Below, piece by piece: positions 37,441-50,782 of a DNA stretch of 64,000 nt. Both the position numbers and the translations under genes were made by a program. Below the pieces are notes generated by a model. That model was not told where the DNA came from and did no database searches. It saw only the letters and a program-made list of their open reading frames with translations. This DNA comes from Lama guanicoe (Eukaryota): the NCBI GenBank assembly GCA_013239625.1, contig MU054098.1, positions 186,001-250,000 on the forward strand, given 5' to 3'. How positions within the stretch are numbered: position 1 is the stretch's first letter; every line of letters begins with the position of its first letter.

Positions 37441-37972
37441 TCCCTTTAAATTCTATACTGCCTTACAATTTTCAAAAGTTTCATACACATGATTTCATGT
37501 AATTCTATAGTAACCCCTTTTCCCCACCTGTATACTGCCCCTCCCCCAACTATTTTAATGTTTTTAAATGGTTGAAAAATCTAAGAAAAATATTTCCTGA
37601 CATATAAAGATTATATGAGATTTAAATTTCAATGCCCATAAGTAAGTTTTATTAGAACATAGCCCCACTCACTCATTTATCCATTGCCTATGGTTGCTTT
37701 TGAGCTATAACAGCAGAGTTGAGTAGTTACAACAGAGACCAAATGTTCTCTTATCTCTTCACACTGTTGAATAGTGCACTATTATCCTTATAATTCAGTG
37801 ACTCATCTATAACTCTATAGTACTTAAGTGCTGTGTATCTCCATACTGCACCTTTAAAAAAGTTACTAGTGCATAGACATGTCAAAACAAGAAAAGGAAA
37901 GTGAACTTTGATTGTTATGTTCTTAAGGCACAATGGAACGTGGATTATTTGGTTGTCTAATTAATTAAATGG

Positions 37973-38365
37973 TGTATTAGTCAGCTCAGGCTGCATAACA
38001 AAACACCATAGACTCTGTGGCTTAAACAACAAAAATTAATTTCTCACAGTTCTGGAGGCTGGAGAGCCCAAGATCAAGGTGCCAACAGGGTCAATGTCCA
38101 AGGCAACTCTCTCCTTGGGTTGGAGATGGCTGCCTGCTTGCTATATCCTCACATGGCTTTTCCTCTATATATGCATGTGGAGAGAAATATCTTGCTCTCT
38201 ATTCCTCCTCTCACAAAGCCACCAATCCTATAGGATTAGGACCTCACCTTTATAACCTCCTTTAACTTTAATTGCCTCCTAAAAGCCCAATCTCCAAATA
38301 CAATTACATTAGGGGCTAGAGTTTCAATATATGTATTTTGGGGCAACACAATACAATCCATAGTA
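37973..38365 (-). mobile_element. MLT1/MST-type solo LTR nested in the transposase
   Basis: tgtattagtcagctcaggctgcataacaaaacaccatagactctgtggcttaaacaac...tctcacagttctggaggctgg. Confidence 0.85.
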
Positions 38366-39749
38366 GACAGCAAAATATTGTTTTTGTTATGCACTGACAC
38401 GACAGCTGTGTTAGAAGAATACAACATATGCCAACATTACCCAACTAAACACTCATCACAACATCCCCAACCCACAGGAAAGTAATGGTCAGAAAAATTG
38501 GAACACTTAAAATGGAATATCTCATCACAGCAGAATTTCAGAAATAAAAAACTAAAAAACAAGGCTGCCACAAAACTAAGTTGCCAAGTGGCTCATTTCT
38601 TAGCCAAGCAAAGAAAGTCATTTACTGATGGTGGGTTAATTAAATCATGTTTGATTGCAGCAGCTAAAGAAATGTGTCTACAGAAAATAAACTTGTTTAA
38701 AACTATTAGCCTTTTGGTGAGAACAGTTGCTCAGAGTTGAGGACAGTGGGGACACCACCAGTAGTCAATTAAAAACAAGCCAGTGATTTTGAGTGATTTT
38801 CCTTGGTTCATGATGAGTTGACAGATGTTATCAATACTGCTGAATTGTTTATTTGAGGAAGCTAAGTTTGAAGTGATTGAAGAATTAGGCCCTATGAATA
38901 GTCTGTGTGGAACAGCTACAGAAGAGAGCATTTTCAGAGAAGTTGAGAAAACACTAATTCAGTACAACTTGAAGTAGAATATGTTAAGATGTGTTACAAC
39001 TGACGGTAAAAATGTGTGAAACAGAAAAAAGGTTTAGTTGAACAAATTTACAAGACTTATGGAAATGTAGGATGTTTATAGCCTGTGGTTATTCATTACA
39101 TTATTTATCAGAAGGTACTTTGCAGCAAATATTGGAGTCTACCATGTATTATTGAAACAGTAGTGTCAATGGTGAACCCCATACACTCTCCTAGACTTAG
39201 CCATTGACAGTTCTGCAAAAAATTTTTTTTCCCGAAAACAGAAAATGACTGCCCTAGGACACTGAAGTTCCACGGCTTGGCAGTGGTAAAGTTTTATTGA
39301 AATTTTTAGAGTTCAGGGCCAAGATTGGAATTTTTCTGAATGAGAAAATCTGCCCTCAATCACTATTGTTGAATAGTGGATATGTGGAAATTTGTTCTCT
39401 TGTTACATAAACAGCTACATAATAGGTTCAATTTTACCTCTTGGTGCCAAAGCCCTAAATATTTACCATCTGGCCATTTACAGAAAAAGCTTGCCAACCC
39501 CTACCATAGACATTTGAGTGATAGCCACCTGGATTTTACTGGAAAACATTAATCCCTGCAAATGAAACCCAGTGTCTGTGATAAGGCTCCCCCAACCCTA
39601 TTTTACTTTGGGGCTCCTTGGTCATGCTCACCACTAGTCTTCATGTTCCCTAAGGGTGGGGGGTGGGCAACTATTGTCCCATTCCCTTGTTTAAGGGTCT
39701 TAATCTCTGTCACAGGAACCTACTATCAGTCAAAGGACATTCTTCTGTG

Positions 39750-40203
39750 TGATGTATATGTACACAATGGAACATACTCAGCCACAAAAAAGAATGAAAT
39801 AATGCCATTTGTAGCAACATGGATGGATCTAGAGATTATCATATTAAGTGAAGTCAGACAGAGAAAGACAAATATCATGATATCACTTATATGTGGAAAT
39901 GATACAAGTTTTATTTACAAACCAGAAAGAGACTAGAGTTACAGATATGGAGGGCAAACTATGGTTACCAAAGGGGAAAGGGCAGAGGGATAAGTTAGGA
40001 ATTTGGGATTAACAGATACACATTACTATATATAAAATAGATAAACAAGGACCTACTGTATAGCACAGGGATCTATATTCAATTTCTTGTAAAATGCTGT
40101 AAAGGAAGAGAATCTGAAAAATATGTGTATATATGTATGACTGAATCGCTTTGCTGTACACCTGAAACTAACACTGTAAATCAACTACACTTCAATTATA
40201 AAA
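39750..40203 (+). mobile_element. L1 3' end
   Basis: EIMPFVATWMDLE (ORF2 C-terminus) and 3' UTR. Imperfect TSD aaaggacattcttctgt / aaagtcatcttctgt. Confidence 0.9.
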
Positions 40204-41437
40204 AGTCATCTTCTGTTTTACCCCTCAAAGGCCTGATGGATTTAAATAGGATTCCTGGCTATCAATACTGATGATTCAGATTTTCTGAGGTTAGATCTGT
40301 GTTTCAGGGGTCCTCACTAGAGAGAAAGCACCCACGCTTCCTGTCATGCAAACCAGAGACCTTGTCACTATCGTCTGCTACTGACACTTTTTTATTCCTA
40401 TATCAAGTTGCATGATAAAGAATCCCCATAAAGATATCACCCAGTGATGAACTATTAGACTGTGGCCTCCAGTTATCTTGGTCTTTGTTTATAAGAGCAG
40501 TAATTTAAAAATTGCAGATGTGCTGAGTTACTAAACACTCTTTGGGGGAGTATAAACTTACTAATTCAGCAGTATCTAATTCAGTAACTATGTTACGCTA
40601 AGACCACTTCGGTGAATGTGATTTTAGTGGTCCTAGAACAGGCAAATAATTTGCTTTTATAAGCTTTAGTGGGTTAAAATGACAAACATTGGCTGCATGT
40701 GTAGTAAATTGCTTTTCATCCTTACTGCTTATACAGTGCTTACATATCCTTACTCTACTGTTTGTATTCATGGCTAAGAGACAGAAATAAATGCTACAAA
40801 ATAGACATTAAAACAAAGATGAGGCTTAGAAGTAATTTGTAACCAGCAAACAGAGGCAGATAATTAATCTCCAGGGTGCATATTATTGTGGAGAAAACAA
40901 AAACCTTCCAGAACAAAAACTCAGGTTTTTTTTTTCTTTTGTAAAACATGGACTCAATGATAGAGAATTTGTGGCTTGGTACTGGTAGGGATAGTTATTT
41001 ATTTTGATTAGCCTTCTATAGTGGTCATTAAACTGACCCTTAATGGGGTCAGTCATTTTCGAATTACCCAACCTTTTTGAAAAATAAAGTTTCACTCCCC
41101 AGCCCAACCCTGACAACCCTTCTGAAGAAAACACCTGTTTCATTAAATGATGTTTTATTTTTGTGTTCTTCACATGGACTCCCCTTTTTTTTTAATTATA
41201 AATGACACACCAATATCCATGTTGACTTCTAGATAAAGTGAGTTTACCTTCCAGAAAATGTAAGTGATGCCAAATATGTGATGATTTTGCCATCTGGTTA
41301 TTACCAGGCTGTGATTGCCTTGTTTTATACGGTGTGGGAAAAAACCCAAATTCTTAGTTGAATGGTTAATCTGAAGACACTTTGAGTCATTAAAGTCTTG
41401 ATAGTCTGATTCATAAACATATATACAAGCAAAGAAC

Positions 41438-41766
41438 TGTTAAGAGATAAACAGGCATATTAAAATTTTTCCAAGTTTTTTTTGAGGAAAAAGTGATTCG
41501 AATTAGGCAGTGCCAAACTGTAAGTGATTAGGAGCGCTCCATGGACAGGAGCTAAAGGAAAGACTTTTATAGAGAAAAGTTGGAAGCAAAGCAAGGAAAT
41601 TATTTGATTAGCTATAGCTTAAGTGTTTGCCCGATTTGGAAAAGCCTCCTGGGCTGGTTGTGATTGGTTGCCCTTAGATTTTGATTTCTTAACCTTGAGG
41701 CATTTACATCAGCTGCTAAGGTATTACAAACACCTCAGTCTAATGGGCTTTTAGTTTAATTTAACA
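41438..41766. mobile_element. Probable ERV solo LTR
   Basis: Inverted termini tgttaa...ttaaca, flanked by gaac / caac. Family not determined. Confidence 0.45.
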
Positions 41767-42169
41767 CAACCAATAGTCCATATACCATGGATCATTTAGT
41801 GCTAATTTTTTGATAAAAAATGTTCAAATTGAAATATAACAACCATGTAAGGATTTTAATCATCTGTTTTTCAAACCATCGTTTTAAAAAAAAAAAAACA
41901 CTCCTGATGTAAAGCACACAGATGGGGTTGGTTTGGCACATCTCGGGCCGGGTGGATATTATTCAAGAATAGAGCCAAATCTCTTCCAAAACGATTCAAT
42001 TAAAATGGTTTCTACATTAGCAATAAACCCACTTTTCCACTGCACACCATATCAACTTAAAAACAAGCAATAGGTTCAGTCAATATTTCCTCGGTTTTGA
42101 AGTGTTCCTCTTTTTTTTTTTAAGTGTAGTAATGGCCTATACCTAAAATCATGACCTTCATTTTTTGCT

Positions 42170-42702
42170 GACAATACCTAAGTCAGCTGTAACAGTTCAT
42201 CAGAAACTTGGTGACCTAAAACAATGCACATTTATTCCCTTACAGTTTTGGAAGCCAGAAGTCCAAAATCAGTCTCACTGGGCTGAAATCAAGGCATTGT
42301 CAGGGCCGCGCCCCCTGGAAACTCTCCTGGAAGAATCTGTTCCCTTACCTTTTTCGGCTTCTAGAGCGGCGTTCCTCGGCTTGCCTCTCCTTTGTCCTTC
42401 TACAGCGACTGTAGCATAACATATTCAAGGATCTCTCCTTCTGTCTGTCTCTGTCTCATCCTCTTCTGAGGATGTCACATGACCTTCCTTCTTCTACGTC
42501 AAAGAGCCTTTTTTTGCTTCCATTTTATAGGGACACATGTGATTGCCTCTAGGGCCCACCTGGACAATCTAAGCTCCTCTCCCCCACCTCGAGCCTTAAT
42601 TTAATCACACCTGCAGACTATTTTATGCCCTAGAAGGTAACATTCACAGATTCCAGAGATTAGGACCTAGATATTTTAGGGAATATTATTCAGCCTACCA
42701 CA
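42170..42702 (-). mobile_element. MLT1 (C/D-type) solo LTR
   Basis: aaacttggtgacctaaaacaa...acagttttggaagccagaagtccaaaatcag...attattcagcctaccaca. Confidence 0.8.
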
Positions 42703-43481
42703 GCCTACAGATTTGCCATTTAACATTTAGTTTACAACCTACGGACCTCAGATTGTTAACCAACTGTGGAATTGTTTCTAGGGCTCTGAAATTTTTATTT
42801 AAATAAATAATAACTTAACATGTGTACCTACTACTATTTACAAATTCATGTATATGCCATTGTTATTAATGAAAGATTCATTTCATAAAGAGATCTAAGG
42901 GGCCTACTTCAGATCAATTATTTATAAATAAGACATTTTTAGGATAGCATTAGTCTCTTTTCAACAAAAACTATCCTTACAAAATGAATTTATACTTTAT
43001 AAATATATAACCTATATAAGTTGTACTGTATATAGAGCAAAGCATCTGCTATGTAATAAGAATTTAATAAATGCCAGCAATTATTATTGTGTTGGGTGTT
43101 CTGCAAGCAGAATGGAAGTATTACTACACTAAAAATCTAATAATATGCTGGGTCAGTTGGCTATCCATATAGAAAATGATAAACCTGACCCCTACTTCAT
43201 ATCATACACAAAAATGATAGTGGATTTAAAGTCCAAAAATAAAATAATAAAAATTTTAGAAAAAAAATCTAATAATAGTAGGCTTTTCTCACTTAGTAGG
43301 AAAGAGAAAACAAAAAGATAGAATTCAATCACCTTTTTTTGGCTCATAATTTTTGCTTAAAACTTTGATACCTGTTACTGCTAGACTGTTAGTGAATGCT
43401 AAAAGCTGACAGAACAAGAAGCCAAAGAATACTGGGGGAAACTGGGAACCAGCGGATCATATTTAGTTCAAAAGCTTATTT

Positions 43482-43635
43482 ATTCTGTATAGCACAGGGA
43501 ACTATATTCAATACTTTGTAATGACCTATAATGAAAAAGAATATAAAACAAATATATGTATGTATATGCATGACTGGGACATTATGCTGTAGAAATTGAC
43601 ACATTGTAACTTACTATACTTCAATTTAAAAAAAA
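43482..43635 (+). mobile_element. Short L1 3' tail
   Basis: tatagcacagggaactatattcaata...tatacttcaatttaaaaaaaa. Confidence 0.85.
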
Positions 43636-43883
43636 GACAGGAAAAAAAGCTTTTTTGGTTACATATGCTCAGGGCTGTGCTTTTATATTTTATACTCAAA
43701 CCACAGTAGTTTCTTTGCCACTAAAATTGTTCTTCATTTACATGAATCAATCAACTGCATCAATATTTTAGTGTTTTTCAAAGAACACCATAACTTGCAG
43801 AGGGACCAGCATCTGAACAAGTTTGAGGGCTGCTAATGGAAAACATTCTCTATTATAAAGGAGCTTACTTTCATGATGGGCTA

Positions 43884-44060
43884 AAGTTGTACTTCTCAAG
43901 TCTGGCTGCACATTAAGATCTCCTGGGGAGCTTTTAAAAATCCCCATCTCCAGGCTGCAGCTAAGATCAACTAAATAAGAATTTTTGGGGTGAGACCTCA
44001 GCATTAGCATTTTTAAATCTTCCCAGGTAATTCCAGTGGGCTTTGTGGTTGAGAATACTA
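43884..44060. mobile_element. MER5A
   Basis: cttctcaagtctggctgcacattaagatctcctggggagctttt...gttgagaatactac. Confidence 0.75.
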
Positions 44061-44309
44061 CACTAAGAGAACACATGACACAGAGACCAATACAAATAAT
44101 GAGGTCTAAATTTCCATGGTCTTGATCAGGAATGCACTGTGATTTCAGAGAAGAGAGTATCTTGACTAGTAAAGGAGGGAGGCTATGGAACATGAACTGA
44201 GCCTGAAAACTGGGCAGTAAAGAGGGAAAGGGCAAAAGAGAGGGTGACAGGTAATACGAAGGATAAAAAAGAATTCTAGGATAGTGGAAAAAAAAAAAAA
44301 GCCTGAGTT

Positions 44310-44408
44310 GGGGAAGGTATAGCTCAGTGGCAGAGCGCATGCTTAGCATGCACGAGGTCCTGGGTTCGATCCCCAGTACTGCCATTAAAAAAATAATAAT
44401 GAAAAAAA
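44310..44408 (+). mobile_element. tRNA-derived SINE (camelid Vic-1-like)
   Basis: ggtatagctcagtggcagagcgcatgcttagcatgcacgaggtcctgggttcgatcccc plus A-rich tail; same family as 1289-1380. Confidence 0.9.
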
Positions 44409-45029
44409 TTTTTTAACCTGAAAATTTTCACTATGGTTTAAAAAAAAAACTAGAGATGAAAGGAAGATAGTCTCTAGATACTCATTTTTCCTCCTAGATT
44501 TCCCCCCTTCCACCCCATCCAGGCCTTAGCATCGCTACATGATTAAACACCATAATGGATTATTGAGGAAGACACATACTTTCTATCTAGAAACAAAGGG
44601 ATCAACATGAGCAGAACACTGAAATACCAAATAGAAATGTGTTCAGACAGCATCTTTGAATAAAAGGGCAGCTTTATAGCCTGAATATACATGTTTGTAA
44701 ATCACATATATTTTTTTATGAAGACCAATTCCTATCTCCAAACACTCCCCACAGACTTCCCCCAAAATAAAGAGCAAAACAAAATAGCCTACATTTAAGC
44801 ATTATAGGAAACTCTTTTGAAGAACTACCAACTTTTCAGGAAACATTGCAAAACAATCTAGTTCTGACAATTGAAACAACATGAAACTCGCTTATCAAGC
44901 CTGGGACTTTTGGTCACTGGTAACACATTAGTTCTTTCATTGTTGGCATATCATAATGACTCTATAGCAACTTGTCATGCAATGATTTTGATGCAATATC
45001 AAGCAATGCTGGGCCCTGGAATTAATCAA

Positions 45030-45270
45030 TGAGAAAGGAAAGATGGCATTTACTATGTGCCAAACACTCTTTCAAGAGATTTATATATTTATTTACTCTT
45101 CACAAGAACCTGATGAGGTGCATACTATTTTATTCCCATTTTACTGATGAGATTATTGGGGTACAGAGAGGTTAAGCTACTGACTGAAGATTGTAGTTAA
45201 GTAAGTGGTGGAGCTGGATCTCAAACTCGGGTCGTCTGGCTTCAAAGTCCACACTTTTAAATCATTTTGT
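45030..45270 (-). mobile_element. MIR
   Basis: cccattttactgatgag...cagagaggttaag...ggagctggatctcaaactc. Confidence 0.75.
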
Positions 45271-45752
45271 TACAATGATTCTTAATTATAATGACATTGA
45301 TTAATTTTCTTCATTACAGTATTTTCTGGAGAAAACACCACCAAGCCATTCTATTTCTTTCATCAATTTTTCTATGCATTGAAGTTAAAATATATAAAAT
45401 TTTTCCATTTTCATTTTTAATTTGCTTAAATTTTTTATCAGAATCAATTAATTTGCTCATAAAAGTTATAATGAAATTTATTTTCGTACATCCATAGTTT
45501 TACTTTTATGACCATTATTTCTACACGGTCCAGTTTGTCTGGGTCATACTCTATAGATCTATATTTTTGCAATATCTTATTTTCTATTCAATTTGCAATT
45601 AATGACATAGTTTTCTTAATGTGTTTTTATTCATTTTCCATTTTATTTCCTTTGTCTAGATAAGTTCTACCAACTCTAATTTATCAGGTCAACTTTTTCA
45701 CTTTCTCACTGAAAAGAGGTTATTCTTATTTTTTCGTCTATAATAGTTTTTT

Positions 45753-46135
45753 TTTTATTTTGCTTTTATTTTATTTTTATTTTGAAGTGCAGCTGATTTA
45801 CAGTGTTACTTTCAGGTGTACAGCAAAGTGATTCAATTATGCATATACACACTTTTTTTTCAGATTCTTTTCCATTATAGGTTTTTTTTAATCTTTTTAA
45901 ATCCTAGCGGTTTTTTTTAAACATTTTTTATTGATTTATAATCATTTTACAATGTTGTGTCAAATTCCAGTGTTCAGCACAATTTTTCAGTCATTCATGG
46001 ACATATACACACTCATTGTCACATTTTTTTCTCTGTGATTTATCATAACATTTTGTGTATATTTCCCTGTGCTATACAGTGTAATCTTGTTTATCTATTC
46101 TACAATTTTGAATTGTAGAATTCAAAATTCAAAAT
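45753..46135 (-). mobile_element. Two different L1 3' tails in tandem inside one TSD pair
   Basis: TSD tataatagtttttt at 45739-45752 and 46136-46149. Confidence 0.75.
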
Positions 46136-46444
46136 TATAATAGTTTTTTAATCAAATACAGTTACTACTTTTTTCAGTTTTATTTTGTGCTGATTATTTT
46201 CACCAGTAATATTTAGTATGAACTGGATGAAAAGGAAAATTTTATTTATTTGTTATTTAATCTACGAGATTAGATTTTCCAGGGCTACTCCAAGGAGTGG
46301 TCTTTATTTAGGACTTTATCATTCTCAGGGTCAAAATGGTGAATTCACAATGTTCTGTTTTGGTGAAAGTGGGATTCGTTACTTCTGTTTTACAGATGTG
46401 CCATAAAAACTTAAATAGCTTGCCTGAGATAAATGTTAAAGCCA

Positions 46445-46705
46445 AGACTGGAGGTAATAGGATGGTAGTAGAACGGTTTTTGGAATCACTGACCTGGATT
46501 GAATTCATACTCAGCCACTTATAGCTGTGTGACTGTGGGCAAGTGACCTAACCTTCAAGCCCCGATGCCTCCATCTGTAAAATAAGGATAATACTAGTAC
46601 CTAGATCATCGGGTTATTAACAGAATTGAATGAGATGAAGCATATAAAAGCACTTCAGCATATGGCCCGGCTCATGGTAACAAATCAATAAATGTTAGTA
46701 GTTCA
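46445..46705 (+). mobile_element. MIR (near full length)
   Basis: ccacttatagctgtgtgactgtgggcaagtgacctaacc...ctgtaaaataaggataatactagtacc...caataaatgttag. Confidence 0.85.
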
Positions 46706-49700
46706 GGATCATCATCCATAGCCTTTGTCCTTTCATTACACCCTACACTGTACTAGGCAAGAAGGAGGACACAAAGTTTTCCAAGAGCTTAGAATATTCT
46801 TGGTGAGATAAACGAATGCATGTGAAAATAGTTATACACATACTTTCTTTAACACAGTGTCAGGCACAAAGTAAGTGCTGAACAAATATTAGCTATCATT
46901 ATTTGTTTTGCTTCTGAGCAAGCTTTCCTTGGATGAAAGTACACGGTATCTTGTGACAGTTTGTCAGGAGTACCATATCTCTGTGAAACACCCATTTATA
47001 CAAAATTTATGGCAGAGGCAGCTCCCTAATTATTTCATCCTCCCTACATGGGTTTAGTGGACAACAAGAAGACCTAGTTTCAAGGGCCACTGGAGTGCAA
47101 TTTCCACAGATCCTGATGGAGCCTGGATCTCCCAAATTCTTTTACCACCTTACTTCCTAGCTGGACTCTGAAATGACTCCTTGAGACATTTATGCCTTTG
47201 GATTAAGTCTAAAGTATACTTAAAATATTAATTCAGCTCAGGATGGCAGTTACAAAACTTTTAAGTTGTATCTTATCAAACAACTTCCATTTGCCAGATA
47301 CTTTTAATGTATCTAATCTCACAAGAAATCTTCCAAAAGTAGGTATTATTAACCCCATTTTCAAATGAGAAAATGGAGCGTAGGAGCTTGGGTATCTTTT
47401 CCAAATTCAGGTCTTGTGATACGAAAGCCCTTTTCCTTTCTGCTGCATTACTTTCCTGCCAGTTTCTTGGCTTTATTTTGGGGGGGGGAGGTGTTTTTGT
47501 TTTTGCTGTTTATTTCTAGCCAAAGTAAATCTGAACTGCAGGCCATGTGAGAACTAGAGAGTAACCATGCGGATGCTTAATATGCCAAAGTTATCAAAGC
47601 TCAATAGAAGGCTAATTGTAAGTTCTTCATGGCTTCAGGGTCAGATTCTCAGCTTTGCAGATCCAGAAACTCAGTTTATTTAGTGCATGCAAAGTCATCA
47701 AATCCTGGAGGGATTGCTTTACACTAACTACACTGAAAAGACTGACGTATAAACCAGAGAGTCATTTATTAATTTACGGCTGGATCTTGGTGGGATAATG
47801 TACATTTGCCATTTGCTCAGGGCATTCTCCCTGGATGGGCATATCGCTCAAAGAACCAAATTATAGATAAGAATGCTTAGTGAGCACAGAGTTTGAACAA
47901 AGGGAGGGTATATTGTTGAGTTCTATAGTTTTATTTGCAGCAAATAAGTATAGCTAGATGAATATCCTTCTTACTGCAGGGCTGTTTTCTCTCAGTAAAA
48001 TGACTCAGAAAGAGGTAGAGCCCACTCTTCTCTGAAAACTAGCATATTATTCCCATATTTTAATTCCCCCCCTTTTCATTTCCAGTTTTTCAGTTACATT
48101 CCCCTTCTATAATTTTTGCCATAACCTCATGTCATTTCAGGAAAGTTCCAAAGCAGTTGGATGGATTATAATTTTTCACAGTTGTCTCTTTCCGATCGCT
48201 CTTGTTTCTTGACTGACCTTGAGGAAGATGCAAGTCTTCCTGACAACTTTCCAGTGCCACTTTTCCTATCTATGACACATTTACAAGCCTTCTCCCAAAG
48301 AAAGCCCCTTCCAAGGTGGCCAGAGTCACCTCTTATGAATAAATTCTACTGAGTTTCAATTTTCAAGGCTTATCTTTTTTTCTATTGCCGCATCCATCCA
48401 ACTCAGCAGAGAAGAGTGTAGTAATGTTGTTCCTTATGCACTAAAGTGGGGGGGAAGATATAAGATGAAAACACCAGATAATCAAGGGAAGTAAAACAAG
48501 CTTCACCTATTTCTTAATCTGGCCTGAGCTCCAACTTTTTTTTTTTCACTCCAGAGCCCTGATTAGCAGATATATCCATTTCTAGGAATGAGTACTATTT
48601 CTTTCCAAACCCCTAAGATGTCAGCCAGGGAAATGAAGACATTTTCTAATTATCTAACTTTTTGTCTGATAAAATTAACTAATAGCAGTTTGAGTCAAAC
48701 AATAATTGAGCACCTACTTTTGAGACATCATGAAAGACATGGGGACACTGTGCTAGGCACCCAGTAGACACTAGTTGAATTGTCTTGTATGATAAGTTTC
48801 TTGGACACAAGAAAGGGAACTGTAATTCTGAATCACTTGTCTTAGAGAATCAATTGCTTTAAAAAATTGTGCTATGTAGTTATCCCCATCCACACTCTAA
48901 ACAGAAGCAGAATATGAATAAATTAACTGTTTCCTATATTTATATCCCTTTTATTCCTATTTGAAGTCAGACCAGGTCTTAGCAAACTAAATCCAAAAAG
49001 GCAGACAGGTCCTTGAAAATATAGATGAAGGTCTGGATCTAATAAGGGCCAAGTATTTGGTTTTTTAACTGATGGAATTTCTTAGGGAAATAAAGGATTT
49101 ATAGGTCTGAGCAAATGGCCATATTGAAGTCAGCAGGGTTATCGTCATGAGCCGATTTTGACCTTAAAACAGAAACCCTGTGGCACTCAGTCATTACTCT
49201 TGGATGAGAGGGACTGATCTCAGTTCCATTGCCTCCTGGATTGCTTTTATGGCTTGTCTCAGAGTCTCTCAAAGGGTCTTCAACAACCTTTTAGTCCTGA
49301 GCTCCTCCCTTTTCTTACTCTCAATGAGCTTAGTCCGGCACTCTGTGTGAACATGTGTGTAGGAGTGTATGTGTACATGGCAGTGTGTTGGTGGGGAAGG
49401 CTGGGGCTTGGGAAGGTGGTGGTCTAGAGGCAAAGGAAGAAACTAAGTTGATTGGGGGAGTTTTAATTGCATTTTATTCCAAAGTAAGAGAAAAATCCTC
49501 CAATATCTCTGAGCTTATACTAATTTCCTACCTCCAGTGTTTGATTCTTTTTTTTTTCTCTTGTGGTATCTGCTTGCCTCTACCTTGCCCTTTGTTCATC
49601 ATCTACAGGCTTAAGTCAGATTCTAAAATATCCCAAATCAGAGGCCAAAAGGCTAACCCAAAGCACATCCCACAAATACCTAGGCACTTGATGAAATCTT

Positions 49701-50087
49701 AATCTAATCAAAGGTGACAAGCTTTTTCCCAAAGCCAGATGGAGACAGAGAGGGCTCCTCACCACCACAGATCTCTCCCACAGTCCAGGGGCAGATGGAG
49801 AAGCAACAGTGACACCTTGCTTGTCCCGGGTGCTGAAAGAATCATTTGCTGCTGCTTGGGAGACGGCAAGGACATAAACGTGCCTGACTGGGGCCATACA
49901 TGTGCACAGATACACAGCTTAGAATGATTTTAGTTTTAAAGCTAGTTTTCATACTGATGAATTGTAGAGTATTATGATTTAAAACTATCTTATCTTTTTA
50001 AGAAATTGAAAATTGGTAAGCTGACTCTAAATTTTATTGGGAAGTGTGTGTGGCCAAGAATATTCAGAATTTTTTCTCCCACTCCCA

Positions 50088-50460
50088 GATTTATTGAGAT
50101 ATAATGACATATAACACTGTATAATTTTAAGGTGTACACATGTTGATTTGATACACTTATACATGGAAAATGATTACCACCATAGCATGAACTAACATTT
50201 CCATCACATCACATAATTACCATTTCTTTTTTTGTGGTAAGAACATTTAGGATTTAGTCTCTTAGTAACTTTCAAGTGTACAATACAGTGCTATTAACCA
50301 TAATCACCATGGTGTACATTAGATTCTCAGAACTTATTCATCTTATAACTGGAAGTTTGTATCCTTTGACCATTATCTCCCCATTTTCCCCATCCCCCAG
50401 TCCCTAGTATCCACCATTCTACTTCTTGTTTCTATGTGCTGGGCTTTTTTTGAGTCCCAA
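50088..50460 (-). mobile_element. L1MA/MB-type 3' end
   Basis: tttattgagatataatgacatataacactg...ttagattctcagaacttattcatcttataactg. Confidence 0.8.
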
Positions 50461-50782
50461 ACTATCCTGGTTTTAACAAAACACTTAGGAGTGATGGCCT
50501 AGAAGAGTGGCTCTAATAGGTGATGTATAGCAGAGTAAAATAACTTAAGTATTTATTGAACTCACTTTCTGCAAAACCTTCTGCCAGGTGTTTCTGACAT
50601 CTTTGGTCCTGGCCCTCTGCTTTTCTCTGTATATTTTTCCTTGAAATCTCATCCAGCTTCCTTTTATTAATTTTAAAAACGAATCCAGTCACATGCAGCA
50701 AACTCTTTTGGATCCAGAATTAGATATATTCTAATCCCAGGTCTGCCACTTAATTAGTTGTGTGACCTTGGGGAAAATCACC

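Larger units (their letters stand above)
36462..39503 (+). mobile_element. Cheshire-like hAT-Charlie DNA transposon with decayed transposase and nested L1 and MLT
   Basis: MER58-type TIRs (agggtcggcaaact ... gcttgccaaccccta). Transposase relic: AVLEEYNI..HY.TKH; KAATKLSCQVAHFLAKQRKSFTDGGLIKSCL. Confidence 0.85.

Noticed and set aside
43768..44385. Longest ORF (205 aa) as a real CDS
   Set aside because: It runs through an antisense SINE, low-complexity sequence and MER5A, with no recognisable protein.
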